From Polyangia bacterium (GTDB taxonomy: Bacteria; Myxococcota_A; Polyangia; Fen-1088), in contig DASZRT010000151.1 of NCBI GenBank assembly GCA_035549075.1, positions 26,693 to 90,692 of the forward strand: a stretch of 64,000 nucleotides of DNA, written 5' to 3'. Under the pieces are notes generated by a model that was not told where the DNA came from, did not search any database, and was given only the letters and a program-made list of their open reading frames with translations. Numbering within the stretch: position 1 is the stretch's first letter; each line of letters starts with the position of its first letter. Both the position numbers and the translations under genes were made by a program. This document shows, in pieces, positions 35,989 to 45,821 of this stretch.

Positions 35989-37029
35989 CTAGAGACCGAA
36001 GGGGTATTGGCCGGACGGGTCCTTCATCGCAGCGCCCGTGCGCATCTGCAAGTGATCGAGGTAGACGACGCCGTGCCACTCCATGCCCTTCGGCAGGTTG
36101 GCGGGCGCCGTGATGCGGAAGCCGAGGCCCGTGACGTTCATCGGCACCGTCGGGAACGTCGTCGCATTGATGCCGAAGTACTTGAACTCAGCGTGCTGGT
36201 AGTCGAGCCAGTTCGCGTAGCCGATCGGCTGCGCCTTGCCGGCGACGATGATGCCCGTCGGCGTCTCGATCACCATCTGCGCCGAGATCGTGAACGGCGG
36301 CTTCGTCGGCCCGTCGAGCTGGATCCACGCGAGCGAGTCGCGTCCCACGGCCGTGGGGATCGGCAGGCCGTTGCCCGTCGTCGGGAAGCGCACGATGACC
36401 TCGCCCTGCAGCGCCTTTGCGTCGCCGCCGCCGACGATGTCGACGCCGATCGTGAGCTCTTTGCTGAAGCAGTATGGGCTGCAGTCGTTGATCTCGTAGT
36501 ACCCGAGCGCCGTGCCGTAGTCGGTGATGCGGATCGAGCCCACCGGCTGCGGGTACGAGTACCTGTCCTCGAAGTCGAGGCTCTGCAGCAGGAAGTCGCA
36601 CTCGTTCGTCGGCTTCTGCGAGGGGATCGGCGACGGCTTCTTCACGAGGCACGTCGGCGTGGTGCGGCCGCCGGCGTCGGGCGGAAGCACGAACTCGCCG
36701 TCGGTCGTCGCGCCCGCGTCGGTGTTCGTCGAGCCGCCGCCGCCCGTCGAGCCGCCCGCGCCCGTCGAGCCGCCGCTACCCGTCGAGCCGCCGGTCGAGG
36801 TCGAACCGCCCGTGCCCGTCGAGCCGCTGTTGCCGCCCGTCGACGTCGTGCCGCCCGTGCCCGAATCACCGCCCGTCGACGTCGTGCCGCCCGTGCCCGC
36901 GCCCGTCGTCCCGCCCGTCGCCGATGATCCACCGTTGCCACCCGAGCCACCGCGCGGCGGCTCCGAGCTCGTGCAAGCAACGGCCGCGAGGACGCAAACG
37001 ACCACCAAGCGAACGCCGGACAAACGCAT
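35989..37029 (-). CDS. Lipoprotein with a Gly/Thr/Ser linker and the same unassigned C-terminal domain (paralog B)
   Basis: ATG 37029 with a GAGGAG RBS. Lipobox LAAVAC. ITDYGTALGYY..CSPYCFSKELTIGVD..EWHGVVYLDHLQMR aligns with paralog A. Confidence 0.8.
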   Translation of the reverse strand: MRLSGVRLVVVCVLAAVACTSSEPPRGGSGGNGGSSATGGTTGAGTGGTTSTGGDSGTGGTTSTGGNSGSTGTGGSTSTGGSTGSGGSTGAGGSTGGGGSTNTDAGATTDGEFVLPPDAGGRTTPTCLVKKPSPIPSQKPTNECDFLLQSLDFEDRYSYPQPVGSIRITDYGTALGYYEINDCSPYCFSKELTIGVDIVGGGDAKALQGEVIVRFPTTGNGLPIPTAVGRDSLAWIQLDGPTKPPFTISAQMVIETPTGIIVAGKAQPIGYANWLDYQHAEFKYFGINATTFPTVPMNVTGLGFRITAPANLPKGMEWHGVVYLDHLQMRTGAAMKDPSGQYPFGL

Positions 37030-37122
37030 CAAATGAAATCTCCTCGAACGAAAGATTTCGACTCTCTCACGCGGCTCCGTCGACGGACCGTGCATCCCCT
37101 CGCAAAGAGATGCACCCAATTT

Positions 37123-38406
37123 TCAACGTCGCTCGCGGCCCGTAATGAGGCGCGCGCCGTGTCGAAACCTCACGTACGACCAGAACCAATCGGCCAGCAC
37201 CGACAACCGGTTCTTGAAGTCGATGAGGTACCACAGGTGCACGAACAGCCAGGCGAGCCACGCGACCACGCCCGACATCCGGAGCTTGCCCACCTGCGCC
37301 ACGGCGCGCTGGCGGCCGATCGTCGCCATCGAGCCTTTGTCGAAATAACGAAACGGCTCGCGCGGCTCACCGCGCAGGTCGCGCACGATGGTCGCGGCGA
37401 CGTGGCGTCCCTGCTGCATGGCGACGGGGCTGACGCCCGGCAACGAGCCGCCCGCCGTCGGGAAGCACGCGAGGTCGCCGATCGCGAACACGCGCGGGCG
37501 CCCCGGCAGCGCGCAATCCTCGCCCACGACGACGCGCCCGCCGCGGTCCAGCGGCGCGCCCGCCTCCTTGCTCAACTTGGCCGCGAGCCCGCTCGCGCGC
37601 ACGCCCGCCGTCCATAGAATCGACGACGACGCGATGAGCTCCTCGCCGATCCACACGCCCTGGTCGTCGATGTTGGTGACGCGCACGCCCGTACGGACGG
37701 TCACGCCCAGCTCGGTCAGCGATTCGGCCGCCTTCTCCGACAGGCGCGGATCGAACGTCGCGAGCAAGCGCTCGCCCGCCTCGACGAGGATCACCTTGAT
37801 CCACGACGGATCCAGCGTGCGAAAGTCGCTCTTGGCGATGGGGCGCGCCAGCTCGGCGATCGCGCCCGCGAGCTCGAGGCCCGTCGGGCCGCCGCCGATG
37901 ACGACGAACGTCAAGAGCTTGCGGCGCAGCGCTTCGTCTGCAGCGTCGTCGCCCGCTCCGTGGCGCGCGCTCTCGGCGCGCTCGAGCGCGACCAAGACGC
38001 GACGGCGGATCTCGAGCGCGTCCTCGATCGACTTGAGACTGGGCGCGTGCGCGGCCCACTCGGGGTGGCCGTAGTAGTTCGTCTCGGCGCCCGCGGCGAC
38101 GACGAGAAAGTCGAACGACAGCGACGTCCCGTCGTCGAGCGCGACGGTGCGCGCGTCGAGATCGAAGCCCGTGACCTCGGCCATGAGCACCGAGACGTTG
38201 CGTTCGTCGCGGAACAGCGCGCGGATGGGCACGGCGATCTCGGCGGGGCTGAGCGCCGCCATCGCGACTTGATAGAGCAGCGGCTGAAACAGGTGGTGGT
38301 TGGCGCGGTCGACGATCGTCACGCGCACCGGCGCGTCGACGAGCGCGCGCGCGGCCGCGAGCCCGCCGAAGCCGGCGCCCACGACGACGACGTGTGGCGT
38401 ATCCAT
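37123..38406 (-). CDS. ndh: Type II NADH:quinone oxidoreductase (NDH-2)
   Basis: Two dinucleotide-binding motifs (VVVVGAGFGGL; VIGGGPTGLELAG) and a C-terminal membrane-anchoring helix. Confidence 0.9.
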   Translation of the reverse strand: MDTPHVVVVGAGFGGLAAARALVDAPVRVTIVDRANHHLFQPLLYQVAMAALSPAEIAVPIRALFRDERNVSVLMAEVTGFDLDARTVALDDGTSLSFDFLVVAAGAETNYYGHPEWAAHAPSLKSIEDALEIRRRVLVALERAESARHGAGDDAADEALRRKLLTFVVIGGGPTGLELAGAIAELARPIAKSDFRTLDPSWIKVILVEAGERLLATFDPRLSEKAAESLTELGVTVRTGVRVTNIDDQGVWIGEELIASSSILWTAGVRASGLAAKLSKEAGAPLDRGGRVVVGEDCALPGRPRVFAIGDLACFPTAGGSLPGVSPVAMQQGRHVAATIVRDLRGEPREPFRYFDKGSMATIGRQRAVAQVGKLRMSGVVAWLAWLFVHLWYLIDFKNRLSVLADWFWSYVRFRHGARLITGRERR

Positions 38407-38407
38407 C

Positions 38408-39160
38408 TCAGGCCGCCATGCGACGCCGGAACGCGCGCATGCGCCCGCTGCCGGAGCGCAGCTCGCGGTAGAGCACGCCGCGGAACACCATCGCGTAGTG
38501 CACGAACACGATGAGCACCGGGATCTTCCAGTACGGATTCCCTAGGATGAGCGCGAGCACCCCCTGCGCCGACGCGAGCTCGGACAGCTGCGTGAGCACC
38601 TGGCCCGGCGAAGACAGCGACAGCGTGCCCGTCGCCCAGAAGAAGACGAAGGCCAGCACGAGGTTCGGCGCGAACCACGCCACGGGGTGCTCCATGACGA
38701 AGCTCGCCGATTCTTTGAAGGCCGCGAACGAGCGCCCGTCGCCGTTGTAGATGACCTCGGGCAGCGCGTTGAGGAAGATCGCGATCGCGAGCTGCACGAT
38801 CCCGGCGACGGCGACGGCGTTGTCGCCGGCGCCACGCTCGATGGGCCCGAGCACGAGGCTCACGATCCACATCGCGAAGAAGACGCTCATGACGTCCCAG
38901 ATCGCGCGCATGCCCGACTTGAGATCGCGGAGGCGGATCGGCTCGCCCGCGACGACCGACGCGAGCAACGACAAGTAGCCGGCGCACAGCGCCGCCGACA
39001 CGAATCCGAGGATGAGGCTGCCGATGATCCCGAGCGGCGCGAGCATCTTGGCGGCGACGATGAATGCGAGCGTGTAGACGGGGATCGAGACGGCGGCGAG
39101 CCACCCGCGCGCGGCGCGGCGCAGGGAGAGGACGCCGACGTCGGCGAGTTGGCGGAGCAT
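38408..39160 (-). CDS. Integral membrane protein, hypothetical (about 6 TM)
   Basis: Stop/start adjacent to ndh (TGA..ATG, 1-nt gap); multiple hydrophobic helices. Confidence 0.65.
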   Translation of the reverse strand: MLRQLADVGVLSLRRAARGWLAAVSIPVYTLAFIVAAKMLAPLGIIGSLILGFVSAALCAGYLSLLASVVAGEPIRLRDLKSGMRAIWDVMSVFFAMWIVSLVLGPIERGAGDNAVAVAGIVQLAIAIFLNALPEVIYNGDGRSFAAFKESASFVMEHPVAWFAPNLVLAFVFFWATGTLSLSSPGQVLTQLSELASAQGVLALILGNPYWKIPVLIVFVHYAMVFRGVLYRELRSGSGRMRAFRRRMAA

Positions 39161-39243
39161 GCGCGAAGCCTATCTCAGAAGGGCCGTGCGTCGAATCACG
39201 TGAACGAAGAAGACCTTGTCACCGGCAGAGCGCGCAGGAATAG

Positions 39244-40380
39244 TTGCAAGTCGCGGTGTTCAAGGCCTCTCGCATCGCTCTGATCGCGCTGATCTCGCTC
39301 GCGTGCTCGGGTGCCGGCAACCCCGGCACGGGAACCGGCGGCACCGGCGGCGTCGCCGACACCGGTGGAAGCGCCGACACGGGCGGTGCGCCCGCGACCG
39401 GCGGCAGCGGCGGCGCGCCCGCGATCGGCGGCACCGGCGGCGCTCGCGACCCCCTCGACACGGCGCCGTGGCGGCCGCTCTCGATCACGGCGACGAAGGG
39501 CCTGCACCAACACATGGTGTTCGGCGAGACCTACGTCGGCGTCGACACGCGAGCCGCGAAGATGGCCGGCAAGCTGGTCGTCGATCTCGGCGTCGACCAA
39601 GGCACGTACCTGCCGTGGCTCGGCAAGCGCGGCTTCCACGTGTTCGGCGTGAAGTTCTATCACTGCCAGCACATCGACAATTGGAGCGCGCCCTACGGCC
39701 GCGATTACCCGACGAACTGCCGTTTGCAGACGTTCGACGGCATGGCGCGCGGCGGGGCCGAAAACGACGCCAACGGCAACGTCACCGCCACCAACAACAT
39801 CGCGTACAAGATCAAGACCGGCCTCGCGATGCTGCACGCGTCGTACCCGCAGGAGGATTGGGGGTACTTTCTCAACCAAGACGGCTCGGTCCGTTGGTCC
39901 GACGTCGCGATGACGGGTTACTCGCACGGCGCGCAGACGGCGGCGATGCTCGCGCACTACGTACGCCTCTACCGCGTCGTCTCGCGCTCGGGCCCGCGCG
40001 AGAACAACTGTGGCAACGGCGCGCTCGTGGGCGCCTACGATCCGAACAACCCACCGTTCAAAGCCAACTGCGACATGAGCCAGTGGGGCTCGTGGGAAGA
40101 CGTTCCGTTCGTCACGCCCGTCGAGCGCGTGTTCTCGTTCGCCGGCACGATGGACACGCAGTTCGGCGACGACATGTGGAGCTGCGATCACATGAAGTAC
40201 GTCGGGCTGCCCTTCGACGTCTCGAACACGGCGCCGCCGTACGACGGCCTGACCTACGACGGCTCGCACCGCTTCATCAGCAGCGAGGGCCACACCGCCT
40301 TCGACTCGAAGCCGAGCGAGCTCCAAGCCGAGAACGCCGCCTTCGGCGTCCTGCCCGAGAACCTGAACCCCAATTTCTAG
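39244..40380 (+). CDS. Secreted lipoprotein with a Gly-rich linker and a putative alpha/beta-hydrolase (GYSHG) domain
   Basis: Lipobox ISLACSG. GxSxG nucleophile-elbow-like MTGYSHGAQTAAML. Cys-rich. Confidence 0.7.
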   Translation: MQVAVFKASRIALIALISLACSGAGNPGTGTGGTGGVADTGGSADTGGAPATGGSGGAPAIGGTGGARDPLDTAPWRPLSITATKGLHQHMVFGETYVGVDTRAAKMAGKLVVDLGVDQGTYLPWLGKRGFHVFGVKFYHCQHIDNWSAPYGRDYPTNCRLQTFDGMARGGAENDANGNVTATNNIAYKIKTGLAMLHASYPQEDWGYFLNQDGSVRWSDVAMTGYSHGAQTAAMLAHYVRLYRVVSRSGPRENNCGNGALVGAYDPNNPPFKANCDMSQWGSWEDVPFVTPVERVFSFAGTMDTQFGDDMWSCDHMKYVGLPFDVSNTAPPYDGLTYDGSHRFISSEGHTAFDSKPSELQAENAAFGVLPENLNPNF

Positions 40381-41870
40381 TGCGGCAGGCGCAGCGCGAG
40401 CATGGCGTCGATCGTCGATTGAGGGACTTGCGACGGCAGGCCCGGCAACAGCGTCGCGATGGAGGCCGGCACGGCGTCCGGGTGAACGAGCGCGAGCTGC
40501 ACGGTGCGCGAGGCGACGTCGTACAGCGCGATGAAGTAGCGGTACCCCGTCGCGGGGCGGCGGAACGCCGCGCCCACGCTCGTCTTGTTGACGACGGCGC
40601 CGGCGGCGGCTTCGGTGTTGCCCGTCTTCTTGTTGACGAGGTCGACGGACGCCGGCAGCGCCGAGACGTCGCACTTCGTGCCGCACGGGCCCTCGCCCAC
40701 GTAGCCACCGTAGCCGAAGAAGTTGGTGCTGATGATGTCGAGGTTCTTCGAGGTGTTCTTGTCGTTGACGACCTCGAAGGCGTTCAGCTGGCCGCAGCCG
40801 TCCCCCGAGTAGTTGGCGGTCGCCGGAGGCACCGGCGGGTACGAGTAACACTGGCACGAGTTGTAGAGGCCTTGGCGCACGAGCTCACCGTGGCTGATGC
40901 CGATCCAAGGCGCGTCGTACCAGCCGTCGGTCGCGTCGTTCTTGCAGTTCTGCGCGTTCGTGATCGCGCCCGATCCGTAGTGCGGCATGGTCGCGAGGAT
41001 GATGAACATCTTCGAGCCCGACCAGCCGTAGTCCTTGCTCTTGCCGGCGCCCGGCGCGGGGCAATACGGATCGCTGCCCGGGCCACAGGGGAACGCCATC
41101 CCCGACGAGACGTCGACGAAGCAGTCGTTGCCGACGACGCCCGTGAGACCGGTCGTGCCAGGCGTCATCGGCCCGCCCGAGAACGTCATGTTCGTCGCGG
41201 CCGTCGGGCTGCGCGCGTCCCACGACGACGCCAGCTTCCATGTGCCCGTGAGGCCCGAGACCGGCTGGTAGACGGCGAACTGCTTGACCAGCATCGGGCC
41301 GCGCAACGACACGGCGAGCTCTTCGTCCCAGGGCGTGAGCTGCGTACCGGTGATGACCTTGTTCGTGAGGCAGCACGTGACGTTGCCCTTGGAGTCGGTG
41401 GTCTTCTGCACGTCGCACGGGCCGACGGCGGGATCGCGTCGCGTCGGGTACATACCGGCGGCGCCGATCATGGGGAAGGTGATCGTAGCGCCGTCGGAGA
41501 CGGGCCCCGCGGCGAGGCCGGGATACGGACCGAGGCCGCCGCCCGCGCCAGGCGCGCCGCCGCTCCCCGTCGCGCCGCCCGAAGCCGTCGTGCCGCCGCT
41601 GCCCGGCGTGCCTCCGCTGCCGGTTGTACCGCCCGGCGCCGTCGTGCCGCCGCCGCCGGTCATGCCCCCGCCGCTCGACGTCGTGCCGCCGCGGCCCGGC
41701 GAGCCGCCGGTGCCACCGCTCGCGTGGCCGCCCGCGCCGCCCGTCGTTCCGCCGCCGCCGGACGATCCGCTGGTGCCGCCGCTGGCGCCCGTCGTGCCGC
41801 CACCGCCGCCGCACGCCGCGAGGCTCAACACGGCTCCCAAGACCATCGCGAGCGTCGTTTGACTTTTCAT
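40377..41870 (-). CDS. Secreted Cys/Gly/Tyr-rich lipoprotein, hypothetical (497 aa)
   Basis: An internal ATG gives MKSQTTLAMVLGAVLSLAAC. About 110 aa of GG(T/S) linker, then a Cys-rich globular domain. Convergent with the previous gene; their stops share CTAG. Confidence 0.7.
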   Translation of the reverse strand: MKSQTTLAMVLGAVLSLAACGGGGGTTGASGGTSGSSGGGGTTGGAGGHASGGTGGSPGRGGTTSSGGGMTGGGGTTAPGGTTGSGGTPGSGGTTASGGATGSGGAPGAGGGLGPYPGLAAGPVSDGATITFPMIGAAGMYPTRRDPAVGPCDVQKTTDSKGNVTCCLTNKVITGTQLTPWDEELAVSLRGPMLVKQFAVYQPVSGLTGTWKLASSWDARSPTAATNMTFSGGPMTPGTTGLTGVVGNDCFVDVSSGMAFPCGPGSDPYCPAPGAGKSKDYGWSGSKMFIILATMPHYGSGAITNAQNCKNDATDGWYDAPWIGISHGELVRQGLYNSCQCYSYPPVPPATANYSGDGCGQLNAFEVVNDKNTSKNLDIISTNFFGYGGYVGEGPCGTKCDVSALPASVDLVNKKTGNTEAAAGAVVNKTSVGAAFRRPATGYRYFIALYDVASRTVQLALVHPDAVPASIATLLPGLPSQVPQSTIDAMLALRLPH

Positions 41871-41891
41871 CGCGACACGAGAGTTTATCGC

Positions 41892-43876
41892 ATGGCCTCG
41901 ATCGCCGACACGAAGCGCGCGCTGGACGCGCGTCACGCGAGCCTCGTCATTATTTCTTCGCTCGCCGTTTCATGCGCGCCCGGGCGCGCCGTCGTCGGCC
42001 TCGAGCGCGGCAACGACGAAGGCGCGGGCGGCAGCGGCGGCGCGACCTTCGATTTGTCGCCGATGCTCGCCGATTGGCCGCGCCTCGCCATCGGCACCGA
42101 GAGCCGCTCGATCTCCAGCTTCGATCGCGCCGGCGGCAACGACGACGGCTTCTCGGGTCGTTACTCCGAGCTCTACACCGACGAGAAAGGCGAGCACGTC
42201 ATCGTCGACGTCGGCGGCCCAGGACGCCTCAACACGCTCTGGTTCACGAGCGCCGTGAGCGGCACGGCGCCGCTCGGCCTCGGCCGCCTGCGGTTCTACG
42301 TCGACGGCGCGACGACGCCCACCTTCGAAGCGGACGCCGATCGCCTGTTCGCGGGCCAGGTCGCCGGCTTCCCGCGCGCGCTCGTGTTCGACAACCGCCG
42401 CAGCACGGGCGGTTTCGTCTCATACGTGCCCGTCACGTTCCGCTTCGGCCTGCGCGTCACGACCGAGAACAAGCCGGCTTTCTACAACGCGCAGATCGAC
42501 TCGTTGCCGGCCGACGCCGTCGTCGAGAGCTGGTCACCCGACGCGGATCTCACGAACGCCCTCGCGTCCTTCGGCGCCGGCTCGACGACGAGCGGAGACG
42601 AACCGAGCGACGACGAGGTCACGCTCGACAACGAGCGCGACGGCCCCGGCCTCGTGACGCGTCTGACGTTCTTCCCTTCCGGTTCACCCTCGGCGGCCGA
42701 GCTGCGCGCCGCGCGCGTGCGCATCTTCTGGGAAAACGAAGCGCACCCCAGCGTCGATGGCCCCGTCGACGCGTTCTTCGGCAGCGGCCTCGGCGTCGCG
42801 CCCGTCGCCTCGGCGGCGTTCGAGATGTCGCCCGCCCGTTTCGTGAACCGCGTGCCCATGCCGTTCTGGCGCCACGCGCGCGTTCAACTCACGGGCGTCG
42901 CGGGACGCCTCTTCTTGCACGTCGTCGAAAATCCCTACGACGAGTCTCACACCGCGCATTTGCACGTCACGTGGCACGAAGAGCGGCCCACGACGTCGCC
43001 CGACGACTTCGAGTACGTGACCTTCACGGGCGCCGGCAAGCTCGTCGCCACCGTGCTCACCGTCGAGCCGCCCGATGCCGCGCGCGACAAGCAATGGTGG
43101 GAAGGCGACCTGCGCTCATCGGCCGACGGCCGTCGCACCCCCGGCATTCAAGGCACGGGTTACGAGGACGACCACTTCGGCGGCTGGAGCAACGAGTTCT
43201 TCTCGACACCGTTCTCGCTGCCGCTGTCGGGCGAGCCCGCGGCGCACATCCTCGATCGCAACGGCCAGTACAACGGCGACGTCACCATGTACCGCGTGTG
43301 GCCGGGCATCCCGTTCCTCGGCGAGCTTCGCCACAGCGTCGAGCACGGCGACCAGAACGGCCGCGCCGTGAACGAATCGGCCGCGACGTTCTTTTACGGC
43401 GAGCCGCGATCGTGGCTCGTCACGTCCGACACGCTGGACCTGTGCGACGCCGACGCGCGGACGGCGCATGGCTTCATGCCCTTCGGACAGACGCGGCTCG
43501 ACACGCTCACGAGCCGCTTCGAGGGCCGCGACCCGACGCCCATCACGCACTGCCACCTCGCGCAGTCGAACACAGTGACCTTCAAGCTCGCCGTGCCGGC
43601 CACCAACGAAGGTGTCTACCTGCGCCGCTGGTTCGATCAGGCGACGGGCCCGCAGGCCGCGGTCGTCTCGGTCGACGGCGAATTCGTCGAGGTGTGGTCG
43701 ATCGCCGAGACGAACGCCTCGGCCAATTGGGCCGAGCGCGATTTTTCCTGCCGAAAAGCTTCACGGCGGGCAAAACGACGATCGAAGTGAGCCTCTCGAC
43801 CGAAACCGACATGGGCCTCGTCGCCTGGGACGCCGCTCGCTACCAAGCCGTCGCCGTCGTGCCGCCCGCGCCGTAA
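41892..43876 (+). CDS. DUF2961 (GH172-like) family protein with an apparent frameshift in a T5 run near the 3' end (frame 0 up to ~43745, frame 2 thereafter); possible pseudogene or sequencing error
   Basis: Frame 0 (track ORF ending 43790) gives a coherent protein up to ...ASANWAERDF, then junk (SCRKASRRAKRRSK). Frame 2 continues with protein-like FLPKSFTAGKTTIEVSLSTETDMGLVAWDAARYQ to the stop at 43876. Adding one T to ttttt (43742-43746) would join the two frames. Confidence 0.7.
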
Positions 43877-43933
43877 ACGACGAAGCCACGACGTCGCACC
43901 ACGCGCTCGGTGAACCGTAGTACAACACGCGGC

Positions 43934-45235
43934 ATGTCGGCCACCGATGGAATGGCGAGCAGCGCGCTCGATCGCGCCCGAAGCAAAGCCTTTTGGCACC
44001 TGCTGCCGCTTTGCTTCTTTTGCTACGTCCTCAGTTACGTCGATCGAACCAACATCTCGATCGCCAAGTTGACCATGAAGGGCGACCTTCCCTGGTTCAC
44101 CGACAAGGTGTTCGGCGACGGCTCCGGTTTGTTTTTTCCCGGCTACGTCGTGCTCGCGATCCCGGGCGCGCTCATCGTCGAGCGGTGGGGCGCGCGCAAG
44201 CTCATCACGGGCTCGATGGTCTGCTGGGGCATCGTGGCCGGCGCGATGGCGTTCATCAGCTCGCCGCTTCAGTTCTACGTGTTTCGTTTCTTGCTGGGCG
44301 TCGCCGAGGCCGGCTTCTTCCCGGGGATGATCGTGTTCCTCACGCACTGGTTCCCCACTCGCGATCGCGCGCGCGCGACGGCGACGCTCATCATCGCCAC
44401 CCCGTTCTCGCAGATCGTGAGCCCCAAGCTCTCGGGCGCCATGTTGCACATGGACATGCTCGGCCTCAAAGGCTGGCAGTGGATGTTCATCAACTGGGCC
44501 GTGCCCGCCGTGGTCCTCGGCGCGCTCATCCTGTTGCTGCTTCCCGACCGCCCCAGCGAGGCCCGCTGGCTGACGGCGGAGGAGCGCGACGCGCTCGAGC
44601 AAGAGCTGGCTCGCGAACGTCTCGCGCGCGCGGGAAAACAAAAGATGAAGGTGCTCGAGGCGCTCACACACCCCAAGGTGCTGTTGCTCGCGCTCGCCTA
44701 CTTCCTGGCCGTTTCGGCCAATTACGGCCTCGAGTTCTTCCTGCCGACGATGTTGAAGGACTGGTACAAGCTGCCGCTCGACACCATCACGTGGCTGCTC
44801 ATGCTGCCGCCGGCCGCGGCCTTGACGGGACAGCTCTTCGCGGGCTGGCACTCGGACCTGCGCAAGGAGCGGCGGTTGCACACCGTGGTTCCTCTGCTGA
44901 TCGGCGCGGTGACGCTCGTGCTCGTGAGCCGCACGCAAGGAGCCCTCGCGCTCACGATGGCGTGCTTCGTGTTGGCAGCGGCTGGCATCAAGTCGTACCA
45001 ACCGTCGTTCTGGGCGCTCCCGCCCCTTCTGTTGTCCGAGGCGGCGGCGGCCGGAAGCATCGGCTTCATCAACGCGATCGGAAATCTGGGCGGTGCTTTT
45101 GGTTCGTCCATGATGGGACGAGTCCGAACCGCAACGGGGTCATACGGTGGAGGATTGACTGTCCTCTCCGTGGCCATGTTGGCGTCGGCCGCGATCATCT
45201 TTTTCATCGGCCTCGGAAAGCGGACCGAGTCGTAG
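43934..45235 (+). CDS. MFS transporter, anion:cation symporter family (hexuronate/aldonate/sugar-acid type)
   Basis: 12 TMS. Motifs LSYVDRTNISIA and GAMAFISSPLQFYVFRFLLGVAEAGFFPG. ATG 43934; an alternative in-frame GTG start lies at 43910. Confidence 0.85.
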   Translation: MSATDGMASSALDRARSKAFWHLLPLCFFCYVLSYVDRTNISIAKLTMKGDLPWFTDKVFGDGSGLFFPGYVVLAIPGALIVERWGARKLITGSMVCWGIVAGAMAFISSPLQFYVFRFLLGVAEAGFFPGMIVFLTHWFPTRDRARATATLIIATPFSQIVSPKLSGAMLHMDMLGLKGWQWMFINWAVPAVVLGALILLLLPDRPSEARWLTAEERDALEQELARERLARAGKQKMKVLEALTHPKVLLLALAYFLAVSANYGLEFFLPTMLKDWYKLPLDTITWLLMLPPAAALTGQLFAGWHSDLRKERRLHTVVPLLIGAVTLVLVSRTQGALALTMACFVLAAAGIKSYQPSFWALPPLLLSEAAAAGSIGFINAIGNLGGAFGSSMMGRVRTATGSYGGGLTVLSVAMLASAAIIFFIGLGKRTES

Positions 45236-45263
45236 GCCGCGGCGGATCGCCGCGTCTCGCAGA

Positions 45264-45316
45264 AAGAACGTTCCGGAAATCGTTCTTCTGCGTTTGATTG
45301 GCCCGCTCGTGTATAA
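45264..45316 (+). promoter_or_regulatory. Candidate promoter/operator: inverted repeat AGAACG-TTCCGGAA-atCGTTCT followed by a TATAAA box ~33 nt before the start codon
   Basis: TATAAA is an AT island in 70%-GC DNA. A GGAGGA RBS lies 8 nt before ATG 45350. Confidence 0.35.
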
Positions 45317-45349
45317 AGAAGCGGCCACAACGGAGGACACCGCCTTTCC

Positions 45350-45739
45350 ATGTCGAACATTCAGTCAATCGTTGAAGATTTCGCCAATGAGCTGAGCGCG
45401 CTCATCGAAGAGCAGGTGCTCACGCGCGCGCGCGCCGCCGTCTCAGCCGCGCTCGGCGGCGCCGCCCCCAAGCGGGGCCCGGGCCGTCCCCCGAAGGCCG
45501 CCAAGCTGCTGTCCGCCGTGGGCGTCGCGCCCGGCCGCAAGAAGCCGCGCAAGAAGGCGCCGCCGCAGCTCTGCCCCGTCCCCGGTTGCAAGAACAAGGC
45601 GGCCCCGATCTTCGGCATGGTGTGCTCCGCGCACAAGGACGTGCCCAAGGCGAAGATCAGGGAGTACCGCGAGGCACGCCGCGCCAAGAAGGAAGGCAAG
45701 AAGCCGAAGGGCCGCAAGGCCGCGGCCGCCAAGGCATAA
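45350..45739 (+). CDS. Small basic AT-hook (HMGA-like) DNA-binding protein with a C2CH zinc-knuckle-like motif (129 aa)
   Basis: KRGPGRPPKAAK and PGRKKPRKKAPP AT-hook-like motifs. CPVPGCKNKAAPIFGMVCSAH. Lys/Arg-rich C-terminus. Confidence 0.75.
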   Translation: MSNIQSIVEDFANELSALIEEQVLTRARAAVSAALGGAAPKRGPGRPPKAAKLLSAVGVAPGRKKPRKKAPPQLCPVPGCKNKAAPIFGMVCSAHKDVPKAKIREYREARRAKKEGKKPKGRKAAAAKA

Positions 45740-45821
45740 AGGGCGCGGCGACGGCTCGCGGGCCGCGCCGAGCCCGTCGGGCGCTTGCACGGGAGCCGAA
45801 TTCCCTTTAACAATAAGGGCC

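Noticed and set aside
39216-41891. Upstream 2.7 kb of the 1524-aa plus-strand ORF
   Set aside because: It runs antisense through two well-supported lipoprotein genes with Arg-rich junk translation. Only the part from ATG 41892 (DUF2961) is coding.
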